Source of the DNA: Perkinsus olseni | Taxonomy: Eukaryota | Assembly (NCBI GenBank): GCA_013115125.1 | Contig: JABANN010000076.1 | Coordinates: forward strand, 60,307-80,306 | Direction of reading: 5' to 3' | DNA: 20,000 nt | Part shown: piece after piece, positions 1 through 11,188 of the stretch | Numbering within the stretch: position 1 is the first letter of the stretch | Layout of the letters: the number at the start of each line of letters is the position of its first letter | Notes under the pieces: generated by a model | Told to the model about the DNA's origin: nothing | Databases searched by the model: none | Seen by the model: the letters and a program-made list of their open reading frames with translations, nothing else | Made by a program: the position numbers and the translations under genes

Positions 1-504
1 CCATTATTTGCCTTCCAATCCGCCGGATCATCCCAGCTGTGAGTCAGCTCCAAATAATTATCTGAAAACCGCTTTGGTAAAACGATCTCAGTCAACCGCA
101 GCTGACAGCCCTAATAAGACGTAGATCCACCCGAGGCCCGTCAGGGCCGCGCTACCGGGCATCGTCCATATGTATTTCTCGCTCTCTAGAGTGCCCACTG
201 TGGTCGGTAACTTGCTAATAGTCTCTGGTCTCGGCGTCTCAAGGAAGTAGAGAGAGAACTTCCACTGGGGAAAGTCGTACCTTCAAGAGAGTGGTGAGGC
301 TAGACGATACCACGACGGTTGTTGTCACTTGTGAATCAGCTTCATTCCGAAGTGTTTACTGTAGAAGTCCACGGTTGCCTTAGGGTCCTTGACTCTAAGC
401 ATGGTGTGTTGGAACTGGCTGTGCAGCTTCTGGCACATGCTCTCTGCCGTAGGGCCGACCCTCCCGGCTCTGGACTCTATCACACGGGACCAACTAAATG
501 CCAT
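1..504 (-). CDS. GLO1: Glyoxalase I (lactoylglutathione lyase), 5' part; continues beyond the left edge
   Basis: Manual splice (introns 281-328 and 62-155) gives ...QFQHTMLRVKDPKATVDFYSKHFGMKLIHK|YDFPQWKFSLYFLETPRP...EKYIWTMP|DNYLELTHSWDDPADWKANNG. This matches the GLO1 motifs (Q/H)TMLRVKDP, DF-x3-KFSLYFL and LELTHxW. The start at ATG 504 is tentative. Not recovered by the ORF track. Confidence 0.9.
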
Positions 505-1424
505 GAATGCAATAACAACAAACTAACCTCGACTGAATGAACAGCGACTAATGACAGAGAATAATACAGTATGAGAGTCACATCGAGCCCATCGCGGGAG
601 AGCCGTAGAATTCACAACAGATGAGGAAAAGGAATCTTCAGCTCCAGATCGAGCCATCATCACTACAATGGTTGGTGGCATTTCAATCATGAGTGCAGTT
701 ATGCTGAGTGACCATGGGGCAAACACCGTCACCACGTGACGCATCGAGAGAATCTTGACTTTGACACAGTCGTAGCTTACTTTGATGGGCTAACAGGGAC
801 AGCTACACAGTTATGTCACAGCCATTTGTCCCGAACTGAACGCGAACCCACATACCAATGCAAATTCTTCTTTCATGATGTGTACCAGAGGATCAACCAG
901 CATCTTTACGAGCACCTTGAACTCCACTGAATTGTGAGCGCTCTGTCCCTCGCCCGACGGGCCCCCAAAGTCACTAACACAAGGCTTGTTGTCTCACGAC
1001 AACCAATCACATGCATTCATGACTGCGGGCAGATGCCCAAGAGTGACTCGTGCAAGCGCTATCAACCTCGTTACATAACAAACGTGTAAGGAGGCATCGT
1101 CACTACCATCGATCACTCTGATAGCAGCTTGCCCGGACACGAAAGCCGAGTGGCGTTCCGAGGGAACCCAGCGGGGCGACGATTATCTTTATCATGGTTA
1201 AAAATAATAGGGATGACTCGAAAGCTGCTGCGTTGTTGTTGTGAAGCTAGTACTACTCACAGGGCAAATCATTAGGAGTTCTTTATGCTTTATTCTGGTA
1301 TAGGTGATGATGATCTACTACAACTAGTACTGGAAAAAAGGGGGGTTATTATTGTGGCGGTTTGTACAACGATTATTTTAAAATTAAGTCACAGTATGAT
1401 GCTCATCAATCATCTTCCGAGCTG

Positions 1425-3759
1425 CTACCAACGAGCGCCACCGCGGCCCTCTTTGACGTCATGATGGTACTGTCCAAGATGCTCTGCGTCCGTCTCCAAA
1501 AGAAATTGCAGCGACTCAGGGGTCCACCCGCACTCAGCCACCGACTCGGGTAACATAGGGACACCGTCCGCAGAGAGGAGGTCCACGGGCATCGACTCAG
1601 AAGCCGCCGGCGCATCGAAGAAGGATTGAGGGGAACTGCAAGAGGCCGTTCCAGTAGCTGTCGATGATGAGGCGCCGATGATGAATGGATCGTCGGGGTC
1701 GGCCAGTTCGCTTAGTAACCTCTCCTCAAAGCTGGTGAGGGCGAGCTCCATCGAGGCACATGATCGTAACTGAGACAAGGAGGGGACATAACGATAGCAA
1801 CAACGGTGGGTCGTCTGAAGCCCAAATGCCTTGAAACAGTCACGCATCAGCAAGAAGAGAAATCGCAAAACCTTCTCGGGAGGTAACACGGCTGTCACCA
1901 CCACCTACAATAGATTTTATCTGCTCCTCCCCTAGAGTGTCGAGGTTCTGTAGTATCCTGGCGCAGGCCGAGAGGAGGAAGCCACCATTGTTCGGCTTCG
2001 ACTTCATCCCTAGACTGGCCATCAAGTTGAACAGTTGCACCTACGCCGAATAAGTCCTCGCCAGCTCACTGAACACCGACGACCCCTACGATTTTTTCCA
2101 ACGACACTTCTTCCAGCTTGGCCACTGTCGAGAGTTTGAGCGCGGCAGCCTGCATGAGAGCATCCACTCGCTGGGACGCTGCCTCATAGTCGAGCAGACC
2201 GGAAGACGAGCTAGGTAGGGGCTCATGCGACCCGGAAGGCGGAGCTTTCACGCCCTCCTGAAAATCACGGCATCTCGCTACAGAAGCCTAGCGGTAGGGG
2301 ACGGTTACCTGTGCGAAGCCTTGCATCACAGTGCTGATCTCATCCACCCGGACTGCAGCGAGATTGTCAAGAACATACCTGGCAGTGGCAGAGGCCCTGG
2401 CATGTGAGACGAGCGGATGGTCGAGTCTCACCTGCTGGTGGTCATGAGCATCGGCAGGTTGGTGTAACCAAGACTGTGCATTGGACGAAGAATCTTTGAG
2501 ATGAGGAACTTTCCGTATTTATGGGGCGCCAGTGCCACATCAGCAGCAACCGCCTGAGAAGTGACAAACAAAAATCACCCTCAAAAAAGGCGGAGCGAAG
2601 CAGACAAATATTGCGCATCTTACATCCATCAGGTGACCGCAGGGATAGTTGAGCTTGGCCAGTGAACACATAACATTGCCAACGCCCTGGCCGTCGTAGC
2701 GAGGCATCATCGCTGCGACGCAGGAGCATATCTCTTGCAGCAACTCCTCATTGTAACTGCGGACCACCAGCTGCCATATTCGCGAAAGACGCGGCGGCCG
2801 GCGCACTGACCAGTTGAGACGTCCGTAGGCGTAGAGGAGGTTGGAGAGCTCCTGGGGTTTGAACGTGCATAGAGTGTTCGCCACCTTGCCTGCCACTAGC
2901 TCCATCAACTCTCTATCACAGTAACCAACTCTGGACAGGCCATAAAGCATGTTGGAGAAATTCTGGGGGCGGAAGTGGCTGAGAGGAGGAAGGCAATGAA
3001 GAAAGCAGCTCGGGGAGCATTTGGCGAAGATGTGGTATCCAAAATTTGGACGCTTATTGACGCGCATCATTCTGACGCTACTCGTGAGGCGGGGGGGGGC
3101 TCACTCTAGTCTGGTCTTGGCGGCCTCCACGATAGCCTGTACGACATCCTTCTCCTCAACCATCTGCAGCTTGCCTATCGCCCAACATATGTTGGACAGA
3201 GACTGGCAGCTGGATGTCGGGGCCAACTGCCAAGACACCCATCACCCCCGGCGAGAGATCTCATTGCTCGTTACCTCAATAGCCCTCTGAAGGATCTGCT
3301 TCACTCGGGCGTCCCTCGCGAGGGCCCTTTGACTCTGCTCTTGGTTCTGGGTAATGCTGGCCAAGCGGTGTATCAGAGTTGACACGTTAACCGAGTTCAG
3401 CTCGTTGAGGTGCATGTCGACGATGAGGAGGAGGCTGTTCACGGACCTGAGCCACGGCAGCAATAACTCTGTCAGCGACAGTAGCGGCAGGAGCTCACCG
3501 TGAGTTGGCGGCGGCGAGGATGTTCCGCTGTATTTCGAACTCATTGGCGGTGGGCTGCTGCTGACAATGATTGCGGTAACCTCCAGCGACCTCTTGCTGC
3601 TGCGGCGGCGGTGGCTGCCTGGTGTGACCGCTGCTCGAGTTTGCCTGACAACAGCAGGAACATGGGCTTCCCCTTACCATGGCAACGCCGGCACTTACCC
3701 TGTAAATTTCGAATCCTGGCGGCTCTCCCTGATGACCACTTCTAACGGCCCCATCTTGC

Positions 3760-3791
<32 letters not shown>

Positions 3792-4463
3792 AAAACAATG
3801 AACTATCCAGGGCGGTGGTACGGTGTTGTGGTTGTTGCCTACCTCGTTAGTGCTGATGATGACTGGCGGGGTGCCAAGCAGAGACGTCTGCCCTGCTGCG
3901 AGTGGCGGCCCCTTACTCGTCCTTGTGGCTTCATTCACCAACGCTGCAGCAGCGGCGATCTGGGCTGCCGCCTCAGCATCGATCTCGGGTGTCCTCGGTT
4001 CCTCGGGCCCCTCAGTGACTACAGCGCCACTCAATAGCTCCGGAAGCACGGCGGCACCCTCGTCGAGGTGTTCTTCAGCGGCTTCGTCCTCAGCAGTAGG
4101 GACCTTATCAAGGGCAGTCTATGGTGATGATGAGGAGACCTCCGTTCTTCTACCTCTTTTGCCTCCTTCACCGCCGAAGGTTCAGAGTCCTGGATATTCT
4201 CCTCTTCGGCTGCCTGGCCCTTGTTGCTGTCCGCGACAGTTGACGAAGGGGCCGATCCAATCCCAGGCTCCGGAGCAATGTCGACCTGCGGCACTTTCGC
4301 CGTCGCTGCCCACTGGCCGGGTGGGAAGAACGTTGGGGTGAATATGCGGCAGAGCCTGAGCAGGGGGCCGAGGCAAGAGTAGCTGGTGCGGAGAGTGGAC
4401 TCACCAGAGAGTCAGAGGGATGCTGACCAAGTAGTACAGAATGTCAGAAATGTCGACTACCAT
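1425..4463 (-). CDS. Multi-exon helical-repeat (HPR/OPR/FASTK-like) putative RNA-binding protein with a low-complexity polyQ N-terminus
   Basis: Repeats of ~37 aa: LNSVNVSTLIHRLA, SCQSLSNICWAIGKL, FRPQNFSNMLYGLSRV, FKPQELSNLLYAYGRL, YDGQGVGNVMCSLAKL. Exons are joined by GT-AG introns (e.g. 2379-2431, 2979-3104, 3789-3842). The 5' exon structure is approximate. Confidence 0.72.
3762..3791 (-). repeat. (CAG)10 microsatellite, polyQ
   Basis: (CTG)10 on the + strand; reads as Q10 in ORF 3495..4049. Confidence 0.95.
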
Positions 4464-4624
4464 CTTGCTGTGGCTGACGGTGGCAGTTACATAATAACTG
4501 TAAGACCGAGGATGATACGTAGGTGATCAAAGCAATCACGGAAAGAACTCAACGCTTGTTGGAGTCTCTCACGGAAACGGTGAGTTCTGAAACCTTTGCT
4601 TCCGTCTAATTCCATGGCGCACAC

Positions 4625-6932
4625 CTACACACTATCGAAAAGGTCATCAACAACAGCCGTGTTCGATTTAGTCGCCGCCGCCGGCCTTCCGACTGGCTGC
4701 CCCTCCGTCGCTGCGTGGCCAGCCACGGCGGAGTCGAAGTTTTTACGCATGCCAGATCCCCGCATGATTCGCTCACCAGCTACCGGCGTCTTGCTGCTAT
4801 CAGGATACGCTCGCTCAACATCGTCAAGGATCCTCCTAGCCTGCATGGACACATCGATAAAAGTTAGCGTACCGTCTGCCGCTTACCTCTTCGGTCAGTG
4901 TCGTGGCTGCTGCCGGTAACGAAGCCCGCCACATCCGCCATGCATGAGCGATAAATCGTCGGTCAACCTCTCCCACTACCCCGCTGCCATCGGCAATACG
5001 CCAACTCAATGTCGAGAACGAGCGGCCTATCACGTCCCTGGCGGGCTCCTCTGAGACTAGCCGATCGGAGAAGTCGCTGAGTAGGCAGACCCACCTTCAT
5101 GTATCTGGCCCGTCTCCGCCAGGCAAGAGATTATCTGAGTAAGCTCTCGAGTGCGCACTGACGACAGCTCCCTTGTCTGGAGCCAATCAACGGACATCCT
5201 GCAAACCGCTGCCATTGAGTCGATCAAAGGGCCGCTCAACCGCAGCTGGCTGGAAACATGATGGCCTGAATCATAGGGCCGATAGAGCCGACCAGGATAG
5301 CTCTTCCTACTCGGCCCCTTGCGCTTGCAGACAGCATTGAACTTCCTTCTCACTGCGTCCAATGCCATAGACAGCGCAACAGGAGAGGGCTCACTGCGCT
5401 CCGCAATGACAGTGAACAGCGATACGTAAAGGGAGTTGCTGCCGAACCTGACACCATCATGGCAACGCTGGCTAGGGAAATGCTTCAAAGTCTACTTCAG
5501 CTTCGTCAGTCCCTGGATCAGCATACCAAGCTCCACTACACTGAACTCCGCCAAGCCAAGATGATCAAGCGCACAGTGAACCATATGCGAGAGCATTCGG
5601 TAGTCGTAGAAGCGTGTCTTCGCTGCAGCGTGGACGACGGCGACCACATTTCTCGGTCGCAGCTCGTCAAGTCGGCGTGTCAGGGGCCTGCGGGCATGCC
5701 AGATTGCTTTTCGCGTGTAACTTCGTTCGATGGAGAGCGCAACAGAGCCTGAAGGCCTCCTCTACGTTCCCGGGTGAGCTTCGAAAACTGCTCAATACTG
5801 TGTTCAACGGTCGTTTAGCTCAGTCGGTTAGAGCATCGTGCTAATAACGCGAGGGTCGCAGGTTCGAGCCCTGCATCGACCACCTCCTATTTCGATTCAT
5901 CCCATCCACGCCCCTACGATTCTCCACCCTGTTACTACTCTGCAATCGCCATAAATAATTTTTGGTCGGCACCGTCAAAGCTGGACAACGCAGTGAGGGC
6001 GAGGGTGATGCTGTCTACCTGTCAGGTGCTACACACTACCACTTGAACACTGCCGCTCAAGCTTGGTACATCCATCGACTCCGCACTGAGCACCACAGCC
6101 CGTCCGAGCCTGTCAACGAGGCTTCGGTCGCTGTATCGGTGCCCACTCAAACAGTACAGCAGGCTGGCCGCCGTGCTGCCCTGTATCTGGTGATCGACTA
6201 GTATACTCGACATGGCCGGCCGCTCAGTACCTCAGGACAGTCAAGGAGCCTCTTCTCTATCCGTCCGAGTAACGCGTCGCCAGCAGTATACCTTTTATGG
6301 CCAGTGAAGACGTGTAGAGCAGAGCATAAGTCCTCAGGGCAGAGGTCATCAACCCTGCTCAATATGAGCTCCCTCACCCGAGGGTACAGCTGCCCCTCCT
6401 GGTCCTCATAACCTAGCCTCGTCAGCGCTCGCATCGCCGTGATGACAGCGACGATCCTGCCAGTCTCGAGTATCCCGGATGCTCGAACCGTCTCCCCGGC
6501 AGACGACGCAAACCCAGGTTCGATTCCCGGGACCTTCGATACAGAATTTAGTATGCTAGCTATGACAGTATCGTCCGCCGCCACGAGCCCGGCCTTCAGA
6601 TGGGGTAGAGAACACCGTACAAGGACCGCGGAATCTTCCGGCTGCGCGAAGCGACTTGAAAACTGCAAGATACTTCCTAGGTGGGCATAGAATGGCCTAT
6701 CCAGACGCTGGATCGTCCCAAGAGACTTCGCCGCATCCTGCATGAATCTTGTCACATCCGTGGCGACCACGCCAGGTCGACTGAGTGCATTGATCCTCTG
6801 CACGAGATGGTAGAGGGAAGAGGCGCCGCCCTCCATCAAGGGCCCGCCGACCATACCAAGGAGAGGAGAAGCTGAATAGACGTCCATGAATACCCCTGCG
6901 TAACAAACTCGACACCACCGCAGTGGAAGCAT
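4625..6932 (-). CDS. Multi-exon degenerate helical-repeat (HPR-like) protein; host gene of the antisense tRNA
   Basis: The spliced frame is continuous: ...LCPEDLCSALHVF...MD|VDSITLALTALSSFDGADQKLFMAIAE|PLTRRLDELRPRNVVAVVHAAAKTRFYDYRML...EFSVVELGMLIQGLTKLK|FGSNSLY...DDLFDSV*. Candidate starts are ATG 6932 (MLPLRWCRVC, targeting-peptide-like) or ATG 6959. Confidence 0.65.
5809..5882 (+). tRNA. tRNA-Ile, anticodon AAT (IAU)
   Basis: GGTCGTT TA GCTC AGTCGGTTA GAGC A TCGTG CT AAT AA CGCGA GGGTC GCAGG TTCGAGC CCTGC ATCGACC A forms a full cloverleaf with A and B boxes. Anticodon at 5843-5845; one U6:U67 mismatch in the acceptor stem. Confidence 0.95.
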
Positions 6933-6972
6933 CGGTGTTTCCTGAATATGAGCGATCATGCTGTCGTGGAAA

Positions 6973-9640
6973 CTAGACACCGGCCGTTGTGCTGCCCATA
7001 AGCTCCTCTCCTAATCTCCTCAGCCTCTCCTTTATTACACCCCTAGCCTGCTCAACTCGTCCCACCTCGGCACAGCCTTCCTCGGCGACATCTGCTAGAG
7101 CGAATGCTCCTTCCAAACCGAAGGTCGCCAACGCCTCTTCTCGCGAACAGAGAGGAAGCTCCCAGGCGTCGTCCCGACCATCACTATCGGTATCACTGAG
7201 TAGGTTGCCCTCCTCCATATCATCAAGTACTCTGATACGACTCAGGCATTTGGTGAAGTCCTCGAAGGCGTGCGGCCTCTGAGCCGTTCTACCCGCCAGC
7301 AGGGTCCCAGCGAATGCTAGTGTCGGAGGCATCGCCCTCCCCAGCCTGAAATCGTAGGTGGCAGACTCTTTGAACCAGTAGTTACTATTAGGATCCGACT
7401 CAACTGGTACGGCAGCAGTATCGACTTCCACCTCCCCCTCCTCCTCATCCCGGCCCTCCTCTGTATCCTGTGCTTCCTCTCTCTCCTCCAGGACGGCTGC
7501 CTCCACCTGCTGCTCCTGTTCGCTCTCATCGGCCGGAGTTTCCTCTGCGGTCTCTTCCACCACCTCATCATTCAACTCCGGAGACTCCGCCTTCTCAGCT
7601 CTCCGCTCTTCGCTCAACTCCATCGCTATGTCCATCAACAGCTTAGCATCTTCACTCAAATCTTGCTCATCTTGCATTTCCTCCTCGCTCGAGGATTCCT
7701 CCTCCAACGGTGCTATGTCAACGCCCCTCTCCTCTATCAGTCTCCTAGCTTCGACTGTTCTCGCATCCTTCTCGTAATCATCATCCTGCAGGACCTCCCC
7801 AGCGGTCTCTGCACCCCCTGCTTCCGCTGCTGAATCAGCCTCTCCCGAGTTCGCTTCCACTTCGTCTTCCTCACCAACTTCCTCGTCCTCGAGCTGCGCA
7901 GCCCTCTCCGCCACTTCCTCTGCGAGCGCCAACCTGGCCTCCCTCCTCGACATCCTTCTGGCTGTATTATACGACTCCACCAATGCACCCCACGACTGGC
8001 GAAATACCGCGCCCCGCAAAATAGCGGCCATCTCCCGCGTGGCCTGCTTTCTCTTCGACCAGTCTTCTCTTTCCTTCACCTTCCCACGTCTGACCTCTTC
8101 AATATATCCCTTCAGATGCTTCAATGGCGCTTTTCCTGGTTTCTGCATCAGAACGTAGCCCGTTTGGTTCTGCGTCAGCTTCCTGCCGGCCTTCGACTCC
8201 GGTATGTAAAGACCATTCATCAACTTCTCGCTTTCCTCGGAGCCGCTCAACTTGCTAGCAGCTCGCTTCGTCATCCGCTGCCGATTTTTCGACTTTTCCA
8301 TCAGTTTTCCCACTCTCCTAATAATGGACATGTCATGGAGTTGCCGTTTCTCCTCCTCTATTTCCAGCAGCCCCTTAGCCTTCACCTCCGCCTCCTTCAG
8401 CCCTGGCAAGCACGACCCAGCAATCTGATCGCCAGAGACATGAAAGGAGATCTCGAGGCCTTCCACTGCAACAAAGCTGTTGCAGCATGGGCGGTGCAGA
8501 GTGAGATGCTACGCCGCCTCTCGACGACACCCACTCCCTATCATTCTCCTAACCTTGATTCTCCTGGTCGGCTCTCCTCCGAACTGAGCCAACACCAGCT
8601 CAATCTCCGACACAGCAGATGTGTAGCTCGTCGGGAGATACGCCACACAAAGCTGCGCCGGGTCCTCTGGGGTTATTCTAGACCTGGGCCCTCCTCTGAT
8701 AGGAAGCCGTGCATCATCCACCAACCATCCCACCTGTCCACTGTGACCTCGATATCCGGATGCCGACGCAAGTGCAGAACCTCGAAGTCAAACTCCAAAG
8801 GCACGTCACAGCGCAGAACGAAACGTCTTTCAGCCTTCTCTCCTATGGGTACCCTGCCTGATCGCGACCGCGGCGCCATAAAATTATCAGGGGCTTGCTA
8901 CCAAAGTCAACGATAGAAGGGAGTTCTCCTTCCACCAGCTTATTGGCCGTAGCATAAACATGCACGGGCACTTGCAGCGCCCAACTCTTCGGCCCGGCGG
9001 ACGTAGCAGGAGCTGCTGGGCCGCATAGGACCTACTGTGGGCCCTCCCTGCTGACTGAGGGACAGTAGCACAACCTTTATCCACTCGAACTTGTATTTAT
9101 AATCCACAGGCTCCACCACTACGTCGATCTCCTGACTCATTCCTGGCGCCAATAACCCCACTTTGGCGAACTCTAGTCTTATCCAGGAGCTCGATGGGGA
9201 TATAATGGTGACTCTGTGGGGCGGCATTTCGTCCACCATCTTTGCTGCCTCATACCGGACACTGCGGCCTCCAGCGTTCACTATGCGTAGTCTCTCTTTG
9301 TATTGCGTGTGGACCTTGGCACCCGAGAAGTGCAACACGGGCGGCCGCGCCTCAACCCGACAGCCCTCTACCTCGCTTCCTGACAAGAAGAGGTCGCCGT
9401 CCTCACAAGGAGTCAGGAGACGACGCACCAGCGTTATGCATCAGCTGAAATTTAGTTTTAGCAAGGAGGCCTTCTGGCAGCCTCGGATTGAACTTCTTCG
9501 TGCCTCGAGGCCTGGCAGGAGGGCAACTGGGCCGGGAAGAGCCTCCGCATCCTGTACTCGGTTAGCCTCTCTCGTATCGGCATCTTCGCCAGTGGTGACA
9601 CCTGCTCATCCTCTCGGCTGGCGGGAATTCCATCGGACAT
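6973..9640 (-). CDS. CFAP221: CFAP221/PCDP1-like cilia/flagella central-pair protein (N-terminal Ig-like ASH domains, acidic coiled-coil C-terminal half)
   Basis: The spliced N-terminus PPVLHFSGAKVHTQYKERLRIVN...VTIISPSSSWIRLEF...LAPGMSQEIDVVVEPVDYKYKFEWIK|V...LQVPVHVYATANKLVEGELPSIVDFG|RVPIGEKAERRFVLRCDVPLEFDFEV...ITPEDPAQLCVAYLPTSYTSAVSEIELVLAQF follows the CFAP221 motif order as I recall it. It is followed by the 497-aa Glu-rich terminal exon. Confidence 0.75.
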
Positions 9641-9917
9641 CCAGGACAACAGGAGATAGACGAACCCAGGACATTGGTTGAACACAACAGGCAGGCTTTG
9701 GTAGCGGAATTCTCCCCGATCAGAGAGAAACTATTGTAATGGTAAAAAGGAAGGCAGCAGCAGACTGGGGAAGTTGCCGCCTTCGGCAACAACAAGAAAG
9801 AGTAAAGGATATCAATTCTCGTCATACAAAGGGGAACTGTGAGAAGCCCTTCGCAAGCATATACAAAGGTCTAATAGGAACTCCAACAACAACAACCACC
9901 ACCACCGTCATCAGCCC

Positions 9918-11012
9918 TCAGACGCGGACCTCGATTCCCTCTCCTAAATCCTTATACTCGTCTTGCTTGGTTGTAGCAGTGGGAGAGGAGGAGGAGGAGG
10001 GAGAGACAGTCACAGCCAGAGGGACCATATTCCGCACGTACTCGTACACTTCCTCCCAGTCGGTAGCCACAACAGCTTCACTAGGAAGAGGACACTCTGG
10101 GTCGTGACTCCAGCCGTACCTAGAGCACGAGACGTTAAAGCTAGTCGACAGCCAACAGAAGCGGGTCCCCCACTGAAGCGATGGGTTCCCATACTACTCG
10201 TGATGGTAGTCGAAAAGGATGCCGCCGAAGCCACGGGTAACGGCATCTTTGATGTATGTGGGGTTATCATCAATCAGCAAACTAGCACCAATGGCCTGCA
10301 AAACACGAGCATAGTGAGGAGGAATGAGTAAGCGATCCTCGATTACCTTGCAAATGTCGGCCTTCGGAATTTTCTTCCCCGATAAGCCGAAATGATTGCC
10401 GAGATGAACTCGGCTAGAAGGAATACCGAAATTGGTGAATATCCAGTCGTAGGTGTCTTGTCGTATTTGCTGAAGACAGCATCGATAGAGGAGGGAAGAG
10501 GGGGAAGCTGTTAAGGCTCACCTCCTGTCTGGAAGTAACGATATGAACGTCCGCGAACTTCCCGATCTTCTGGACGTATTCCTGAGCACCAGGGACCAGT
10601 GGAAGGCCGGATTTGAACTCGGGAGATTCGTGGAAGAGATAGCACTTCTCCATAGCCTCTTGGGCTGTGCCTGACCAACAGCAGCTTTGCCTAGTGAACT
10701 TCACCCTCCCAGCCGAGTGGTCGTTCGAGCGCGATTTTCCACGACCACAAGAGCCCGCAGAGGAGCCCAGAACAATCGTCCAACCAAGTGCCCCTCGGGA
10801 CGGGTGGAAGAGAGGAGAGTGGTAGTACCTCCTTGGACCTCCCAGAAGCGGTAGGTGTAGAAGTCGGAGAGCTTCAGGTGCGTGCCATAGACCCTGTTAT
10901 GCCACTTAGTGTAAGTAGCCAGATACTGCCCTAGGACCTCATCAAGGTCGCACGCCACGACCGGCCGTTGGTGCACAGAACTGACGTTACGTAAAGTACT
11001 GGCTCCTGCCAT
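9918..11012 (-). CDS. HAD-superfamily 5'(3')-deoxyribonucleotidase (NT5C-like)
   Basis: Motif I VVACDLDEVL, then LPLVPGA, motif II HIVTSRQ, motif III K in IPKADICK, motif IV LLIDDN and terminal DWEEV. Introns include 10671-10828. Stop TGA at 9918-9920. Confidence 0.85.
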
Positions 11013-11188
11013 CAGTTGTGTTCTGTAAGATGATGATGAAATAAGAAAATGATGTAGTATCTTCGCTAATTGCGCCAACGATTATAAAGCTGCGCGAAAA
11101 CATACGTCGTTGTGACAAGTTTCCCCAGATATAATCGTCGAGTCACAGTTGGTCCTTTCCGTAGACAACACTCTTTGTCATTTAAGCC
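11013..11188. promoter_or_regulatory. Short divergent intergenic region, likely bidirectional promoter/5' UTRs
   Basis: A 176-bp, relatively AT-rich gap between head-to-head start codons (11012 - and 11189 +). No specific motif identified. Confidence 0.35.

Noticed and set aside
1113-1160. Hammerhead- or SECIS-like CTGA...GAAA
   Set aside because: The core is CTGATAG rather than CTGANGA, and the helix geometry does not fit either RNA.
3500-4341. Overlapping + strand ORFs, including a polyLeu one
   Set aside because: Antisense shadows of the polyQ/Ala-rich region of the minus-strand gene.
6512-6532. B-box/T-arm-like CCAGGTTCGATTCCCGG on the + strand
   Set aside because: It lies in a coding exon (VPGIEPGF on the minus strand) with no A box or cloverleaf; likely chance.
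8116-9681. Long + strand ORFs (266 aa and 172 aa)
   Set aside because: Opposite the CFAP221-like exons, with no motifs of their own.
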